In this document: positions 63,984-64,000 of the stretch, piece after piece
Numbering within the stretch: the stretch's first letter is position 1
Layout: the number at the start of each line of letters is the position of its first letter
Virus record (IMG/VR): IMGVR_UViG_3300001199_000002
Span: 112,062 to 176,061 of that record
Length of the DNA: 64,000 nt
Origin: a virus
Taxonomy: Duplodnaviria > Heunggongvirae > Uroviricota > Caudoviricetes
Reading direction: 5' to 3' (one strand)
Notes under the pieces: model-generated
Databases searched by the model: none
Told to the model about the DNA's origin: nothing
What the model saw: the letters and a program-made list of their open reading frames with translations, nothing else
Program-made: the position numbers and the translations under genes

Positions 63984-64000
63984 ATTAGTGCATTGTCCAA

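Noticed and set aside
1-64000. CRISPR arrays, integrase or transposase genes, rRNA
   Set aside because: No spaced direct-repeat arrays, no recombinase or transposase motifs, and no rRNA-like conserved stretches were seen.

Overview
This window reads as a large tailed dsDNA phage genome segment with T4-like or cyanophage-like auxiliary gene content, not a bacterial chromosome. Evidence: coding density is very high, a tail-fibre gene is present, and PhoH, peptide deformylase, ThyX, class II ribonucleotide reductase and the NadV/NatV pair are all encoded. About 23 tRNA genes, all on the minus strand, sit in several clusters and mostly begin with encoded CCA ends seen as 'tggtg...' on the + strand. 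Layout: bases 1-19224 are transcribed on + and 19221-64000 on -, a convergent switch at about 19.2 kb. The + block holds an 8-kb glycan/LPS-type sugar-nucleotide cluster and a nucleotide-metabolism module (dUTPase, RNR II, dCMP deaminase, ThyX), then an IscA-like protein. The sugar cluster carries GDP-mannose 4,6-dehydratase, a GDP-fucose-synthase-like reductase, a DegT aminotransferase, GT1/GT2/GT9-like transferases, a cytidylyltransferase, a DNA methyltransferase and a GIY-YIG endonuclease. The minus block holds a repeat-rich tail fibre and structural genes with a tandem paralog pair, a secreted S1 protease island, PhoH, PDF plus methionine aminopeptidase, a RuvB-like ATPase, a YhaM-like OB+HD nuclease and a sigma factor. 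It continues with a Nudix hydrolase, a split RNA-repair toolkit (RNA ligase, T4-Pnk-like kinase, calcineurin-like phosphoesterase, AAA ATPase), a DenV-like glycosylase, NAD+ salvage (NadV, NadM-Nudix), a DEDD exonuclease, an SPFH protein, an HNH endonuclease inside a tRNA array, a second AAA ATPase, and many small proteins of unknown function. I also see repeated sigma70-like promoters (TTGACA-N16-TATACT) with a recurrent TTAGTG-TATAC motif, a ~570-nt promoter-driven region on the minus strand with no credible ORF, and several tRNAs of non-canonical architecture. Those include a 112-nt tRNA-like gene, type-II-bodied tRNAs carrying Pro/Cys/Thr anticodons, type-I tRNAs carrying Leu anticodons, and orphan T-arm hairpins. 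All tRNA folds were done by hand and are provisional.
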